Positions 1 through 9,892 of a stretch of 32,000 nt of DNA are shown piece after piece; the stretch's first letter is position 1, and the number at the start of each line of letters is the position of its first letter. Where the stretch lies: the NCBI RefSeq assembly GCF_017876815.1, contig NZ_JAGIOS010000003.1, forward strand, positions 630,001-662,000, in the 5' to 3' direction. The stretch comes from Sinorhizobium meliloti. GTDB lineage: Bacteria > Pseudomonadota > Alphaproteobacteria > Rhizobiales > Rhizobiaceae. The notes beneath the pieces are model-generated. The model did no database searches and had not been told where the DNA came from. It was given only the letters and a program-made list of their open reading frames with translations. The position numbers and the translations under genes are program-made.

Positions 1-463
1 TGACCGTGTCGCCGGCGTAGTCGACGAACAGCTTGTCGCCGGCCGCGTGATCCTGCCGCATCGTCACAGGCAACTTCATCGCCCAGCCGCGGTAGAGGTC
101 ACAGAAGCGACTGTAACGATAGCCCTCCGGATAACGGCTGATGTATTCGTCCCAAAGGATCTGCAGCGTCATATGCTTGCGCTTCAGCTCGCGGTGGACC
201 TGCGTCCAGTCCGGCTCAGGGCTCCGACGATGACCCGTCTTCGTCCCGGCTGCCTTGTAAAGCGCCGCTTCCAGGACTGCATCGCTGATGTCGTCACCCA
301 ACGGCCACGATAGCTCCGCAATGGCCGCACGCCGAAGCGTCTCGCGCACCGTCGATGGCGCAGCTCCAACCCGAACCGCGATCGACTTGTGGCCAAGTCC
401 TTGTTCGAAGCGATATCTCAATATCTCGCGGACACGCCGCATCTCCAGTCTCTCCGCAGGCAT
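1..463 (-). CDS. istA: IS21-family transposase IstA, N-terminal part (partial, open to position 1)
   Basis: Reverse translation from the ATG at 463-461 gives MPAERLEMRRVREILRYRFEQGLGHKSIAVRVGAAPSTVRETLRRAAIAELSWPL... This is the HTH N-terminus typical of IstA. It is absent from the ORF track because it has no stop within the window. Confidence 0.85.
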   Translation of the reverse strand, partial: MPAERLEMRRVREILRYRFEQGLGHKSIAVRVGAAPSTVRETLRRAAIAELSWPLGDDISDAVLEAALYKAAGTKTGHRRSPEPDWTQVHRELKRKHMTLQILWDEYISRYPEGYRYSRFCDLYRGWAMKLPVTMRQDHAAGDKLFVDYAGDTV

Positions 464-536
464 CCCGTTCCTTCCTCGTCACGTCGAAGGAAGAAACTTC
501 ACACCAGCAGAACACCCACGCCAGATGCTTTCCGAT

Positions 537-634
537 GGGGGCGGCATCATCTCGGAATCAGGGGGCGACTATTTCTCGGAATTGGGGGGCGAGATCATTT
601 CGGAATCAGGGGGCGGATTGCCTCGGAATTTGCA
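537..634. repeat. Four tandem ~23-25 bp terminal repeats of the IS21-family end (GGGGGCG-N8-10-TCGGAAT)
   Basis: Copies lie at 537-560, 561-583, 584-608 and 609-631, followed by the terminal GCA. The same motif recurs at 16247-16273 and 20441-20491. Confidence 0.65.
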
Positions 635-922
635 GAATGCGGGGGATGACGCATCGTGCGCAAACCCGAGCACGTCAGCAGCGGCCACGTTAAGCGGCGA
701 TTCTCATGCGTTCAGAGGATGGCGTTCAGGCGGCGGCACAACCCGAAGGATGTTCCATAGGGCAATACCCACCACATCATGCTGCACAAACGCTACGGAT
801 TACCCAACGAGTGCAATCAGAAGAAGGGAGGCGCCAGTCCGCTGGCGGCCAACGAGCAGATCTGAGAGCCAGTGTGAGGTGGGTTGAGGCAGCCTTCGTC
901 GCGGATCGTAGTCGTAACCTCG

Positions 923-1618
923 TCAGTCGCCCGTCTGCTGCGCTGAGAGTACGGCCTCCGCGATGACGGAAGCTCTGGCGACATGATCAAGGGCAGCCTT
1001 GTAAGCCGCTTCACCGTCGCCTTTTCGGATGGCCTCAACGATCTTTTCCATCTGTGCCGGTCCTTCGACGTCACGATTCCTAGTCTTGATCGTCATGGAA
1101 CGGAGATGGTTGATCCGGACGGTCAGCAGGCTGACGACACCCCAGGCAACGTGGCGATCGACCTTGGTAAAAAGCGTCTGGTAGAAAGCGGAGGTGTGAT
1201 TGAGAACCGCGGGCATATCCTTAGCAGCATAGCTCTGGCGGATGCCTTCCAAGGACGCGTCAAGGGCTGCAACAATGGTCGAGTCTTTTCGCTCCGCACA
1301 AAGTCGGGCGGCCATCCCTTCGAGGGCGCCGCGAATTTCGTAGATCTGCTTCGCTTCATTCAGATCTAGACGCGCGACGATCGGCCCTTTGTTAGGCAAG
1401 TTCGCGACGAGGCCCTCGGATTCGAGGTGCCGCAGCACCTCACGGACGATTGTACGACTGACACCGAGTTGCGCACACAGATCGCGCTCGACAAGGCGAT
1501 CACCCGGTCTGAAATAACCGTCTACAATAGCGTCCCGCACCTTGTCGAGCGCCAGTTCCCGCAATGTCTTTGTCGGGCGCTCTACCCGAATGGCATTCCC
1601 TGCCAGTGCATCGTTCAT
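923..1618 (-). CDS. GntR-family (FadR/FCD-type) transcriptional regulator
   Basis: Winged-HTH LVERDLCAQLGVSRTIVREVLRHLESEGLV followed by a helical C-terminal domain. I prefer the ATG at 1618, which has GAGGTG 6-7 nt upstream. The track ORF begins at a TTG at 1645. Confidence 0.85.
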   Translation of the reverse strand: MNDALAGNAIRVERPTKTLRELALDKVRDAIVDGYFRPGDRLVERDLCAQLGVSRTIVREVLRHLESEGLVANLPNKGPIVARLDLNEAKQIYEIRGALEGMAARLCAERKDSTIVAALDASLEGIRQSYAAKDMPAVLNHTSAFYQTLFTKVDRHVAWGVVSLLTVRINHLRSMTIKTRNRDVEGPAQMEKIVEAIRKGDGEAAYKAALDHVARASVIAEAVLSAQQTGD

Positions 1619-2751
1619 CGGCTCACCTCGTCTAAATCCGCCCAATCAGGTATAAGCTCCGCACGAGAACGAATCCGCCCTGCCGTATTATGGCGTACCA
1701 GTATATAACCTGGATGCCCCGCTTAAGGCAACTGCCATGACCAGTTGCTCGCGATCACTATCGCGTCGATGTTTCCGATGCGTAGCAACGGGACTCGTGA
1801 AGTCCGAATTGCTGGGCCGTGGCCGCACCTATTTATGATGCTTGATATCACCGCATTGAGCCAGGCTCATGATGTCAAAGTTCCGCCGCGGGGCGTGCTC
1901 ACCATCTCGAGGAGTCGCATTTGACCCCTCGATCACTCCATTATCGCGCCATCGCGTGAACCCTTCGAGCATACAAAAAAATTGAGAAAGGCGAACTACG
2001 GCATATCCTGCAATGCAGTGCCGTACCGCGACCGTCGTGCAGGTCTCAATGGGCGTGAAGGTGTCGCCTCGTGCCGCGCGTACATTGAACAATCCATCGG
2101 CGGTTGCTACTCAGTGAAGTGCTACTCCTTCGTTCGGAACCACGTTGTATCGTCGGCTCACGACGTGTTCGAGAGGATAGTCGAGAGCCTTGATCCTTTG
2201 GCGGGCGGTCGTACACCCAGCTTTGCCGAAGAGAAAATGCCGAACGAGACGCAAAGCGCGTCCGTTCCAGGCAACACCACGCTGTCCGGTCTAATCATTT
2301 CCGTACCCGAGACCGCCAGTGGTCCATTCCCTCCCCTACCCTTGGAGAACAAGGGCGAGTTTGTCGACGTCGACAGTTGCGCGGTTGAAAGGTTGAACGG
2401 ACCGTGGCCACACAGACTTGCTTCTCGCTTCTAAGGTAGCGTGTTCGTTCCTAAATAGCTGAAACATAGCCAATTATCTCTTGATCGACTGATGCGAGCC
2501 AATTGGCCTGACTCTTCAACGTTTACTTGTAGGCGCGCAAGCGATAGCGCGGAGATTAGCTCTTTCGCAAGCTGAGAGCGATTGACCCTGCCCGCAAGTT
2601 TATCCAATTTTCGCTCCAGCCGTTTCGGGTTGCCCATTCCTAGCGGCGAGTTGCGGTGCGGAGCCATTTCGGCTGCGCAGAAAGTGTGTGGGCCGTGGGG
2701 ATCTAATGGGAGGCCCGCTGAAGCGATGAGTCCGCCGATGCAGGCGAGTGA

Positions 2752-4413
2752 TCAATGGGATGCGTCAAAGTCATGCATCGGCATTATAGCAACGTGGTCT
2801 GGGTCGGTAATGGGTGCGTACACTGCTGGATCGTCAGATTTACCCTGCATAGATCCTACTACGGTCGGGGCAACCTCTGATACATTGCCACGGAACAGAG
2901 AAGCGTTTAACCACTGGACCGAGCGTAGCTTGTAGTCCGTACCCGTCGCCACGCCCGGCTTTCTGACCGCGTAAAGAGCGGAATAATTGTCGACGTAATC
3001 CCTCGGAGACATAGTCTCGACATTTCTACCCGCAGAAATACGTGAGCCGTGGTCGCCATGAACGACTATCGTAGCGTCCTGAAATCTCTTATCGCTGAGA
3101 ACCGCATTAAAGAACTTATCTAGTTGCTTGGCGAGACACAGCGTTTGAGCGAAATAGAATCCATATTCTTTCACCCGCGCTTCATCTAGCTCTTGACCTG
3201 CCAACCCGCGGACTTCCGTAAGATAGGACCTCTCAACCCAACGGTTCGTTGGTTTGCAATCTTTGTTGTAGACCGAGGGACTATGCGGAAATAGAAAATG
3301 TGCAAAAAAGGCGTTTCCACGACCTTTATCTAGAATCATGTTCTGAAACTGTCCGAGCCAGTAAGGGAAGGCTAGTTGGTCGTAAGATCGCGGGTGCCAT
3401 TCTTGAAGTGCCGTCTCCTTCGTCTCCAGCAAGTTGGAGGCCACGAAGCCAACGGCTGCCATTGCAAGGCTTTGCCTGTTTCCCTCGACCAGCGCCTTAA
3501 CATCCGCCAGCGAAGCGGAAGCGGGTGGAACGTCCCGGTATGGGCCGCCCTCGATCCGCTGCCGTTGAATAAATCTACTTCCGTCAAATGATGCGAAGGT
3601 GTGACAGTCGACTAGCGCTTCAGTTTTGCAGTAATCAAGATGCGCAGACTGGAAGACATTGACGGATAATCCTTGTCGATGCCACAGATTGAATAACAAC
3701 AGTTCCTTGAACTTTGTTACCTCCCCCGGGTAGGCATAACGCGATCTATCGCCGGGAAAATTATAAGAATAGTCCATGTTCAAGGCGGCTGGTACTGAAA
3801 CCTGAGTCAGAATGTGGCGACTGAAAGCCTTGGAATGGAGCCGAAACCCATGTTTCTGGAAAACCCGCGACAATGCGGCTTTGGCTTCTGCTCCATGGGG
3901 TAATCTTGTGTCGATCCCGGAAATGCCGATCATTTCATCAGTCACGATATAAATCACGGCCGGCGCGGGTTCTTCGGCGCTCGCCTCAGTAATCAAGCCG
4001 CGATCAAGAACTGTAGAGCCCAGTAGGGCTACGGCAAATGCGGCCATCATACGGGGCACAGCGGCCATGAGCTTGAATAGGATAAGAATAAGTACAACCA
4101 GTCCAGCAAACGCCAATGCGGCGGCGCCCCCCATTCCGATGTGGTCTGCTAGTCTCCAGAAAACACCGTATGAAAGATCGCCAAAAAGGAAAAGGGTAAC
4201 GGCGAGTGTGCCTGCTGTTACGACGTTGCCAACAGCTCCCCTTTTATAGCAAACGGTTGCAATCATGCCCAGGGCGAGCCCAATTACGGCAACACAAGCG
4301 ATGACGGCGTACCCTGCATCGCTTCTGGGGTCAATATACACTCCCTGAAACGCGTCAATGATCGGGCTAAGCAAGATTACCAGAGGTGATAGCAGCAAGA
4401 CGATTCGCTTCAT
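2752..4413 (-). CDS. noeB: Membrane-anchored alkaline-phosphatase/sulfatase-superfamily protein; likely NoeB by operon position
   Basis: 553 aa with about 5 N-terminal TM segments. The periplasmic domain has HFLFPHSPS and [10 protein letters not shown] motifs (sulfatase / LtaS / phosphoethanolamine-transferase-like). It starts 6 nt after the noeA stop, with GGAG upstream. It is the third gene behind the nod box and nodL. Confidence 0.65.
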   Translation of the reverse strand: MKRIVLLLSPLVILLSPIIDAFQGVYIDPRSDAGYAVIACVAVIGLALGMIATVCYKRGAVGNVVTAGTLAVTLFLFGDLSYGVFWRLADHIGMGGAAALAFAGLVVLILILFKLMAAVPRMMAAFAVALLGSTVLDRGLITEASAEEPAPAVIYIVTDEMIGISGIDTRLPHGAEAKAALSRVFQKHGFRLHSKAFSRHILTQVSVPAALNMDYSYNFPGDRSRYAYPGEVTKFKELLLFNLWHRQGLSVNVFQSAHLDYCKTEALVDCHTFASFDGSRFIQRQRIEGGPYRDVPPASASLADVKALVEGNRQSLAMAAVGFVASNLLETKETALQEWHPRSYDQLAFPYWLGQFQNMILDKGRGNAFFAHFLFPHSPSVYNKDCKPTNRWVERSYLTEVRGLAGQELDEARVKEYGFYFAQTLCLAKQLDKFFNAVLSDKRFQDATIVVHGDHGSRISAGRNVETMSPRDYVDNYSALYAVRKPGVATGTDYKLRSVQWLNASLFRGNVSEVAPTVVGSMQGKSDDPAVYAPITDPDHVAIMPMHDFDASH

Positions 4414-4419
4414 TTCTGC

Positions 4420-5850
4420 TTACTCCGATCTTTCGAACGTGTACAAAGTTCGTTTGCTGCCAGGTATTAGGTGCTTGCGCACCACCCGGGCTTTCTGGCT
4501 GAGCGCGCTTGCAAAAGCTTCTTCGTTGTAGTCACTGAAGATGTCCTCTCGACCCGCCAACATGCGTCGCACAGTCTCGTCCTCCTTCGGAACGAATTCG
4601 ATAATGCCCTTTGGTGCAACTTGGGTCACCCATGCGACAACCTCGGCAAGGGGAACGTTGTGAGCGATTGCCAAATGATGTTCGAAGGCTAGCGCCAGAA
4701 CAGCATCTGCCGAAAACCTTGAGCTGAACCCTTGACGCTCCCGTTCGCCCCACCCTTGGCTCGGCGATGGATTACGTGCATCAAGGTAGAGTGGAAGAAA
4801 GTTCTTTGATGTCTGAACTGACCGGTCGAACGCGGCGTCGAGCGCGTGCGGGTCGAAGTCAAAGCCTATCGCCTTCTCTGCACCATTCTCCAAAGCTACG
4901 TAGCTAAAGTCACCGGTATTGCAGCCAAGGTCGATTATAGTCCGCGGCTTATGTTGAGCGACAAACTCTGCGACGTACTGCCCTTTATCGCTTCTCTGGG
5001 TAGCTGTGTACGTGTTGTTCGCAGCGTATCCTTGCCAAACCGATTGTTTTCCAACATCAACTTTCAGTCCGCTAATCCAGCTGTAAAGTTGGGCGAGCAT
5101 GGCGCGGAAGGCATCCTTGGGAAGCCGTCTCGCACGAGAGTCTCCAAGATCTACCTTGGTCTGCGATGTCCTAGATGACTGCAGCTTTGCAGGCAAAATG
5201 ATATGCATGAACAACTTGTGGGAAAACCAATGTCGGGTACTCAGCAGCTTCACGAAATCCGCACTCGGCACCCCTTCGAGATTGCCGCGATACCAGCTGT
5301 GATGCGTGATGTCGAAAACGGATCGTAGTAACAGTGGAACGAGGAACTGCTCACAAAACTGCTTATGTCCATACCAAAGCTGTCCATCGCGGTACGGCTT
5401 TATCGACAGATGATCGATGAAAGTTGGTCGTGACCCTTCAAACTGAACGTTATAAGCGGTCGCATCCGACAGGCAAAAACCCTGATCAAGTAGATCAAGC
5501 TGCAGTTGAAGATGAAAAAGCGCCGCCGCCTTCAATCCAGCAAACGACCACTCGTATGGGTAGGTGATTTGCTCCAGGAGGGGATGCTGCAGAACTCGAG
5601 CAATGCTCCCTTGAAAAAGCTGATGAAGGCTCGGCTCCGCGTCTGAGAAGTCGACGAGTCGCCCTTCAACCACGAGCTGTCGCATTACTCTCTCAGCACT
5701 GGCAAACTCGATTGCAGCAGCCGAATCCATTGTCCGCAGAATGCGATCCTGGAAGTGGAAGACTTGACCAGAGGGATCTCTAAAGGAACCGGCGACGCGT
5801 CCGGGTCTCGGTGCGGCCGCCACCAACTTACTTTCCGCCATTCTTGCCAT
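4420..5850 (-). CDS. noeA: Class I SAM-dependent methyltransferase with a large N-terminal domain; likely NoeA by operon position
   Basis: 476 aa. SAM motif I is IIDLGCNTGDFS. The N-terminal domain has FRDPSGQVF and YPYEWSF motifs. GGGAG lies 5 nt upstream of the ATG. It follows nodL in the nod-box operon. Confidence 0.65.
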   Translation of the reverse strand: MARMAESKLVAAAPRPGRVAGSFRDPSGQVFHFQDRILRTMDSAAAIEFASAERVMRQLVVEGRLVDFSDAEPSLHQLFQGSIARVLQHPLLEQITYPYEWSFAGLKAAALFHLQLQLDLLDQGFCLSDATAYNVQFEGSRPTFIDHLSIKPYRDGQLWYGHKQFCEQFLVPLLLRSVFDITHHSWYRGNLEGVPSADFVKLLSTRHWFSHKLFMHIILPAKLQSSRTSQTKVDLGDSRARRLPKDAFRAMLAQLYSWISGLKVDVGKQSVWQGYAANNTYTATQRSDKGQYVAEFVAQHKPRTIIDLGCNTGDFSYVALENGAEKAIGFDFDPHALDAAFDRSVQTSKNFLPLYLDARNPSPSQGWGERERQGFSSRFSADAVLALAFEHHLAIAHNVPLAEVVAWVTQVAPKGIIEFVPKEDETVRRMLAGREDIFSDYNEEAFASALSQKARVVRKHLIPGSKRTLYTFERSE

Positions 5851-6043
5851 TGTTCTCCCGGCCTAAAAAAGATCTGACAGCCCATCTGATCTTATTCCAG
5901 TATCCGGAGACAGCTGCTCCGCCGATCGCCAACGCACCGATCAAGCCCTGAACGAGCATGCTGCCCGTGCCGGGGTCGAGATATGCATGAGCTGGCACAA
6001 TAGAAAGGATGAGAAATCCCACAACACTCATAATTATCGGCAT
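5828..6043 (-). CDS. Small membrane/secreted protein (71 aa) with a YLDPGTGS motif, between nodL and noeA
   Basis: MPIIMSVVGFLILSIVPAHA-YLDPGTGSMLVQGLIGALAIGGAAVSGYW... It has a signal-like segment plus one TM. GAAGGGGA lies 8 nt upstream of the ATG at 6043 (the track start is 6076). Its 3' end overlaps the noeA start by 23 nt. Confidence 0.55.
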   Translation of the reverse strand: MPIIMSVVGFLILSIVPAHAYLDPGTGSMLVQGLIGALAIGGAAVSGYWNKIRWAVRSFLGRENNGKNGGK

Positions 6044-6239
6044 CGATATCCCCTTCGCATGTTGGTTGTTATTCAAGTTTTAACGGCGGTCAATTTCCTG
6101 TGCCTTCAGTGGCTGGTCCTGATTCTGTTGCGCCCCGAACGTACGCATGGAAGCGTCGCGGCCTCAGCACAGGATACTGTCGGCTGAGCGCCTAGAGAGC
6201 TCGAACCATCTGGCAAGCGCGCCACCAAGGAGCCGAAGG

Positions 6240-6791
6240 TCAGCCCCTTACCCGAGCTGGGCTTCCCATTACTTTTGCGCCCGCAGGGACGTCGCGCGTG
6301 ACTACGCTGCCCGCGCCAACGACCGCATGATCGCCAATGGTCACGCCCGGGAGGATGATCGCGCCACCGCCAATCCATACGTGCTTTCCAATGCGGACGG
6401 GTCGCCCGAGCTGCAGCCCCGCCTGCCGCTGCTCGGGGTCATCCGGATGATCGGCGGTATAGATCTGCACAGCAGGCCCAATTGCGGTCCCATCGCCGAT
6501 CGTCACCTTTGCCACGTCGAGGATGACGCAGTTGAAGTTCATATAGGCGTGGGCTCCGATACTGATGTTGAAGCCGTAATCGCAGTGAAAGGGCGGACGG
6601 ATAACCGCTCCAGGCCCAACCTCGCCTAGCCGTTCGCGGAGGAACAAATGCCACTGCTCGGCGGAGTCGCCCAAAGTACTATTGTAGCGCTTCAGCCAAG
6701 CCCCAGCGGCCAGCAAGTCGGCTTGGATTTCTGGATCCGCTGCATTGTACATCTCGCCTGCGAGCATCTTCTCTTTTTGAGTGCGTGTCAT
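6240..6791 (-). CDS. nodL: Hexapeptide-repeat O-acetyltransferase (Maa/LacA/NodL family); Nod-factor 6-O-acetyltransferase NodL by context
   Basis: 183 aa, MTRTQKEKMLAGEMYNAADPEIQADL..., with left-handed beta-helix repeats. It is the first gene downstream of a complete nod box, 147 nt away. Confidence 0.8.
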   Translation of the reverse strand: MTRTQKEKMLAGEMYNAADPEIQADLLAAGAWLKRYNSTLGDSAEQWHLFLRERLGEVGPGAVIRPPFHCDYGFNISIGAHAYMNFNCVILDVAKVTIGDGTAIGPAVQIYTADHPDDPEQRQAGLQLGRPVRIGKHVWIGGGAIILPGVTIGDHAVVGAGSVVTRDVPAGAKVMGSPARVRG

Positions 6792-6937
6792 CGTCTCCTC
6801 TCAGAACGTCTTTGATGGTTGATAGGGGGTTGCCGATGTTGACTATTGCATCGCCTTGACTATGCCCGGCGTCTTTAGTGCACGGGCCCGCACTCACTTG
6901 AATTCTTTCACCTTGTCTCCTATCGAGCACACTTGAT

Positions 6938-6984
6938 GATTAGTAAAATCGATTGTTTGGATCACCTTCATCCGCGCGGTGGAT
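6938..6984 (-). promoter_or_regulatory. nod box (NodD-dependent promoter) driving nodL-noeA-noeB
   Basis: The minus strand reads ATCCACCGCGCGGATGAAGGTGATCCAAACAATCGATTTTACTAATC. Both ATC-N9-GAT modules and the AAACAATCGATTTTAC core of the 47-bp nod box consensus are present. Confidence 0.85.
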
Positions 6985-6997
6985 GACACCGGCTTAG

Positions 6998-8053
6998 CGC
7001 CCTCCCGCCTTCGGCCGCCTCCATCAGCCCCATGATCTCGGCAAGGAAGGAGTTGCGCGCGTTTGCCGTCGCCCGGAGCACCAGCGGGCCGGTAAGGTTG
7101 AGCGTGCCGGCCTCGACCGCGTCACCCGAGCTGTCCGAAATCGGCTCGCTCTCGCCGTTGACCGAGCGGTCCAGGTCGCTGGTGCCGGATACCACGCAGC
7201 CGTCGACCGGTATTCGTTCGCCTGCAGCGATCATCAGTCGCTCGCCGGGTTCGATCTCACTGACGGCGCGATATTCCGGCGAGCCGTCGGCATGCAGGAC
7301 TGTCGCGCCACGCGGCGATAACCGTGCGAGGCCTGATCGCGGATCGTGCGCGGCCGCGCATCATATGGTCGAGCGTCGGCCGATGAGCAGGAAGAACAGA
7401 AGGGTCACGGTCGCGTCGAACCAGGCATGCTCCCCATGGCCGATCGTCTCGTATAGCGACATGGCATAGGAGAGAGTGACGGCAAGTGCGATCGGCAAGT
7501 CCATGTTCGTCCGCCCGTGGCGGAGCGCATTCCAGGCGGACTGATAGAAGAAGCGGCCGGCGGTAGATCAGCATCGGCCCTGCGATCATGGCCGAGACCC
7601 AGTGGAAGAGACCGCGTGTGGCCGCGTCCGCACCCGACCAGACGGACACGGAAAGCAGCATGATGTTGGCCGCAGCAAAGCCCGACACCGCGACCGCACG
7701 GATCAACTGCTTCAGAACGGCATCCCCTTCCCCTCACCGTGCGTGAGATGTGCGTCTCGTGGCCGCGCTCGCTGATCGCGCGCACCAGTTCTCCAGGGTC
7801 GCTGCGCTTTCCAGCGACCTCCTCTTTCCAGACGATCGAGATGCGGCGGGTGGAGAGATTGACGCGTGCCCGTTCGACTGTTCGACTTGGATCTTTCCCG
7901 CAACGCCGTCTCGATGGTGGTGATGCAAGCACCGCAGTGAACGCCGGGCACGCTGAGATCCGTCTGGCGCAACCCGCCTCCAAGTGCCCGGCTCGTCAGC
8001 CAAAGTTCTTCGGAAGAAGGGAGCCACTGACCCGCCCGCGGCAGTGAACAACT
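6998..8053 (-). pseudogene. fixI: fixI-like P-type (copper) ATPase remnant, multiply frameshifted and 3'-truncated
   Basis: Pieces lie in three frames: [38 protein letters not shown] (HMA domain), [66 protein letters not shown], and EIMGLMEAAEGGRA. A TGA sits where the start codon is expected. Homology stops at about 6998, next to the nod box. Confidence 0.8.
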
Positions 8054-8117
8054 TCACAGAGGGAAGTCGCTGCGCCGGCCACACCGCTCTCGTTCGGCCG
8101 ACGGGATCTCGTATCCG

Positions 8118-8981
8118 CTACTCGCCGCCGCCGAGCGAATGAACGAAGACCGCAAGCTCTTTCACCACCGGATCGCCGATGCGCTGCAACCAGGCTGGCA
8201 TGACGCCATGCTTCGGCGATTTCATCTGATCGATGATCGCCTGCTCCCCCTCGCCGTTCAGCCAGATCGCGTCGGCAAGATTGGGCGCACCGAATTCGCG
8301 GGTGCCTTTCGCATCCGCTCCATGGCACGAGGCGCAGTTCTCGGCGAAGAGCTGCTTGCCGGGTTCCACGAGCGCCGGGTTGGAGGGTGTTCCGGTGAGG
8401 CTGGCCACGTAGGCTGCGGTCGCCCGTACCTCGCGCGGCGCCAGCATGTCGGTAAAGGCCGGCATTTCCGAAACGCGCGTCTCTCCGTCTCCGCTGTAGC
8501 GGATGCCATGCGCAATCGTTTGGTAGATCTCCTCAGGCTTGCCGCCCCAGAGCCACTCGTCGTCGTTCAGGTTCGGGAAACCTTTCCCGCCGGCCGCACC
8601 CGACCCATGACATTGTGCGCAATTCACCTTGAAGGCAGATGCACCGGCCGTGATCGCGAACTGCTTCAGTTCCGGGTTGGCCACGATGTCCTCGACCGCA
8701 CTCGAAGCGATGCGCTCAAGGTTACCCGCCTGAGCTGCCTTCGCTTCGGCCAGTTCCGCACTGACCTCGGCGCGGCTCGAATAGCCGAGCACGCCCTTGG
8801 TCGCTTCCGTCAGCATTGGCCATGATGGATAGGCGATCGCATAGCCGATCGCCCAGATGATCGTCGCGTAGAAGCTGTAGACCCACCAGCGTGGCAGAGG
8901 ATTGTTGAGTTCGCGGATGCCGTCCCATTCATGCCCGGTTGTCTCTACGCCGCTTATCTCGTCAATGTGCTTGTCGGCCAT
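8118..8981 (-). CDS. fixP: cbb3-type cytochrome c oxidase subunit III, dihaem cytochrome c
   Basis: 287 aa with an N-terminal TM and two CxxCH motifs (CAQCHG, CASCHG). It follows fixQ by 3 nt. Confidence 0.95.
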   Translation of the reverse strand: MADKHIDEISGVETTGHEWDGIRELNNPLPRWWVYSFYATIIWAIGYAIAYPSWPMLTEATKGVLGYSSRAEVSAELAEAKAAQAGNLERIASSAVEDIVANPELKQFAITAGASAFKVNCAQCHGSGAAGGKGFPNLNDDEWLWGGKPEEIYQTIAHGIRYSGDGETRVSEMPAFTDMLAPREVRATAAYVASLTGTPSNPALVEPGKQLFAENCASCHGADAKGTREFGAPNLADAIWLNGEGEQAIIDQMKSPKHGVMPAWLQRIGDPVVKELAVFVHSLGGGE

Positions 8982-8984
8982 GGA

Positions 8985-9137
8985 TCAGTCCTCCTTCAAC
9001 GGGATGACAGACGCCTGAGCGGCAGCGTTCTTGGCGCCGGGGCGGAATATGAAAAAGACGACGCCGAGGAAGAACAACGTCATTGCGAGCAGTCCCCAGC
9101 TATCGGCGAAATGGCGCATGGCCGTGTACGTTTCCAT
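8985..9137 (-). CDS. fixQ: cbb3-type oxidase small subunit FixQ/CcoQ (50 aa)
   Basis: Hand translation gives METYTAMRHFADSWGLLAMTLFFLGVVFFIFRPGAKNAAAQASVIPLKED. It has a single TM and sits between fixO and fixP. It is too short for the ORF track. Confidence 0.85.
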   Translation of the reverse strand: METYTAMRHFADSWGLLAMTLFFLGVVFFIFRPGAKNAAAQASVIPLKED

Positions 9138-9149
9138 GTTGCCTCCTTC

Positions 9150-9881
9150 TCAGCGGTAGCCGGCGGCGTCGTCATAGGTGGAGAAGTCGACGAGGGTGCC
9201 GAGCATCTGGAGATAGGCGATGAGCGCATCCATCTCGCTCAGCCGCTGCGAATCGCCGTCAAAGTCGGCGAGCTTGGCTTTGGGGTAGCGTGACTCCACG
9301 CCGGAAGCATCGGCATCGGGATCCGCCTGGGCCTTTAGGTCGGCCGTCGCGTTGTCGATCATCTCATCAGTGTAGGGAACGCCGACCGCCCTGTTTGCCT
9401 CGAGGTTCATGGCAATATTCGTCACCTCGAGCGGCGTTTCCTTGAGGAAGGCATAGCTCGGCATCACAGATTCCGGCACGACCGAGCGAGGTTCGATCAT
9501 GTGCTGCACGTGCCATTCGTTGGAGTAGCGGTCGCCGACGCGGGCGAGATCCGGTCCGGTTCGCTTGGAACCCCACTGAAACGGGTGGTCGTACATCGAC
9601 TCCGCCGCCAGTGAATAGTGACCGTAGCGCTCGACCTCGTCTCGGAACGGGCGGATCATCTGGCTGTGGCAGACATAGCAGCCTTCGCGAACGTAGATGT
9701 CGCGTCCGGCGAGCTCCAGCGGTGAATACGGCCGCATGCCCTCGACCTTCTCGATGGTGTTTTCGAGATAGAAGAGTGGTGCGATTTCCACGATGCCGCC
9801 GATGGAGACGACGAGCAGCGAGCCAACGAGGAGCAACGTGGCGTTCCGTTCGAGTAGCGCATGTTTATCGAGAATGGACAT
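9150..9881 (-). CDS. fixO: cbb3-type cytochrome c oxidase subunit II, monohaem cytochrome c
   Basis: 243 aa with an N-terminal TM and a CYVCHS haem motif. It follows fixN directly. Confidence 0.95.
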   Translation of the reverse strand: MSILDKHALLERNATLLLVGSLLVVSIGGIVEIAPLFYLENTIEKVEGMRPYSPLELAGRDIYVREGCYVCHSQMIRPFRDEVERYGHYSLAAESMYDHPFQWGSKRTGPDLARVGDRYSNEWHVQHMIEPRSVVPESVMPSYAFLKETPLEVTNIAMNLEANRAVGVPYTDEMIDNATADLKAQADPDADASGVESRYPKAKLADFDGDSQRLSEMDALIAYLQMLGTLVDFSTYDDAAGYR

Positions 9882-9892
9882 AATCTGCCCTC

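Larger units (their letters stand above)
1..634 (-). mobile_element. IS21-family insertion sequence, istA-proximal end (element continues beyond window start)
   Basis: Contains an IstA N-terminus (1-463). The terminal region ends ...TTTGCA at 634 and carries four tandem terminal repeats. Confidence 0.8.

Noticed and set aside
537-634. Regular ~24-bp tandem repeats considered as a possible CRISPR or iteron array.
   Set aside because: The repeats are contiguous with no spacers. They lie exactly at the end of an IS21-family element, and the motif recurs at the other IS21 end in the window. They are transposase-binding terminal repeats.
1686-1707. TATTATGGCGTACCAGTATATA upstream of the GntR gene considered as its operator.
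   Set aside because: Only a weak TGG-N4-CCA dyad is present. That is not enough to call without comparative data.
2752-6076. The lower-GC three-gene block (small membrane protein, methyltransferase, sulfatase-like protein) first looked like a novel acquired system, such as a defence or envelope island.
   Set aside because: A complete nod box at 6938-6984 and a NodL-type acetyltransferase head the same transcription unit. The block is best explained as the known nodL-noeA-noeB host-range operon. Only the small ORF and the biochemical functions remain open.
8139-8825. 228-aa plus-strand ORF opposite fixP.
   Set aside because: It is an antisense shadow ORF. fixP has both haem motifs and the correct operon context.
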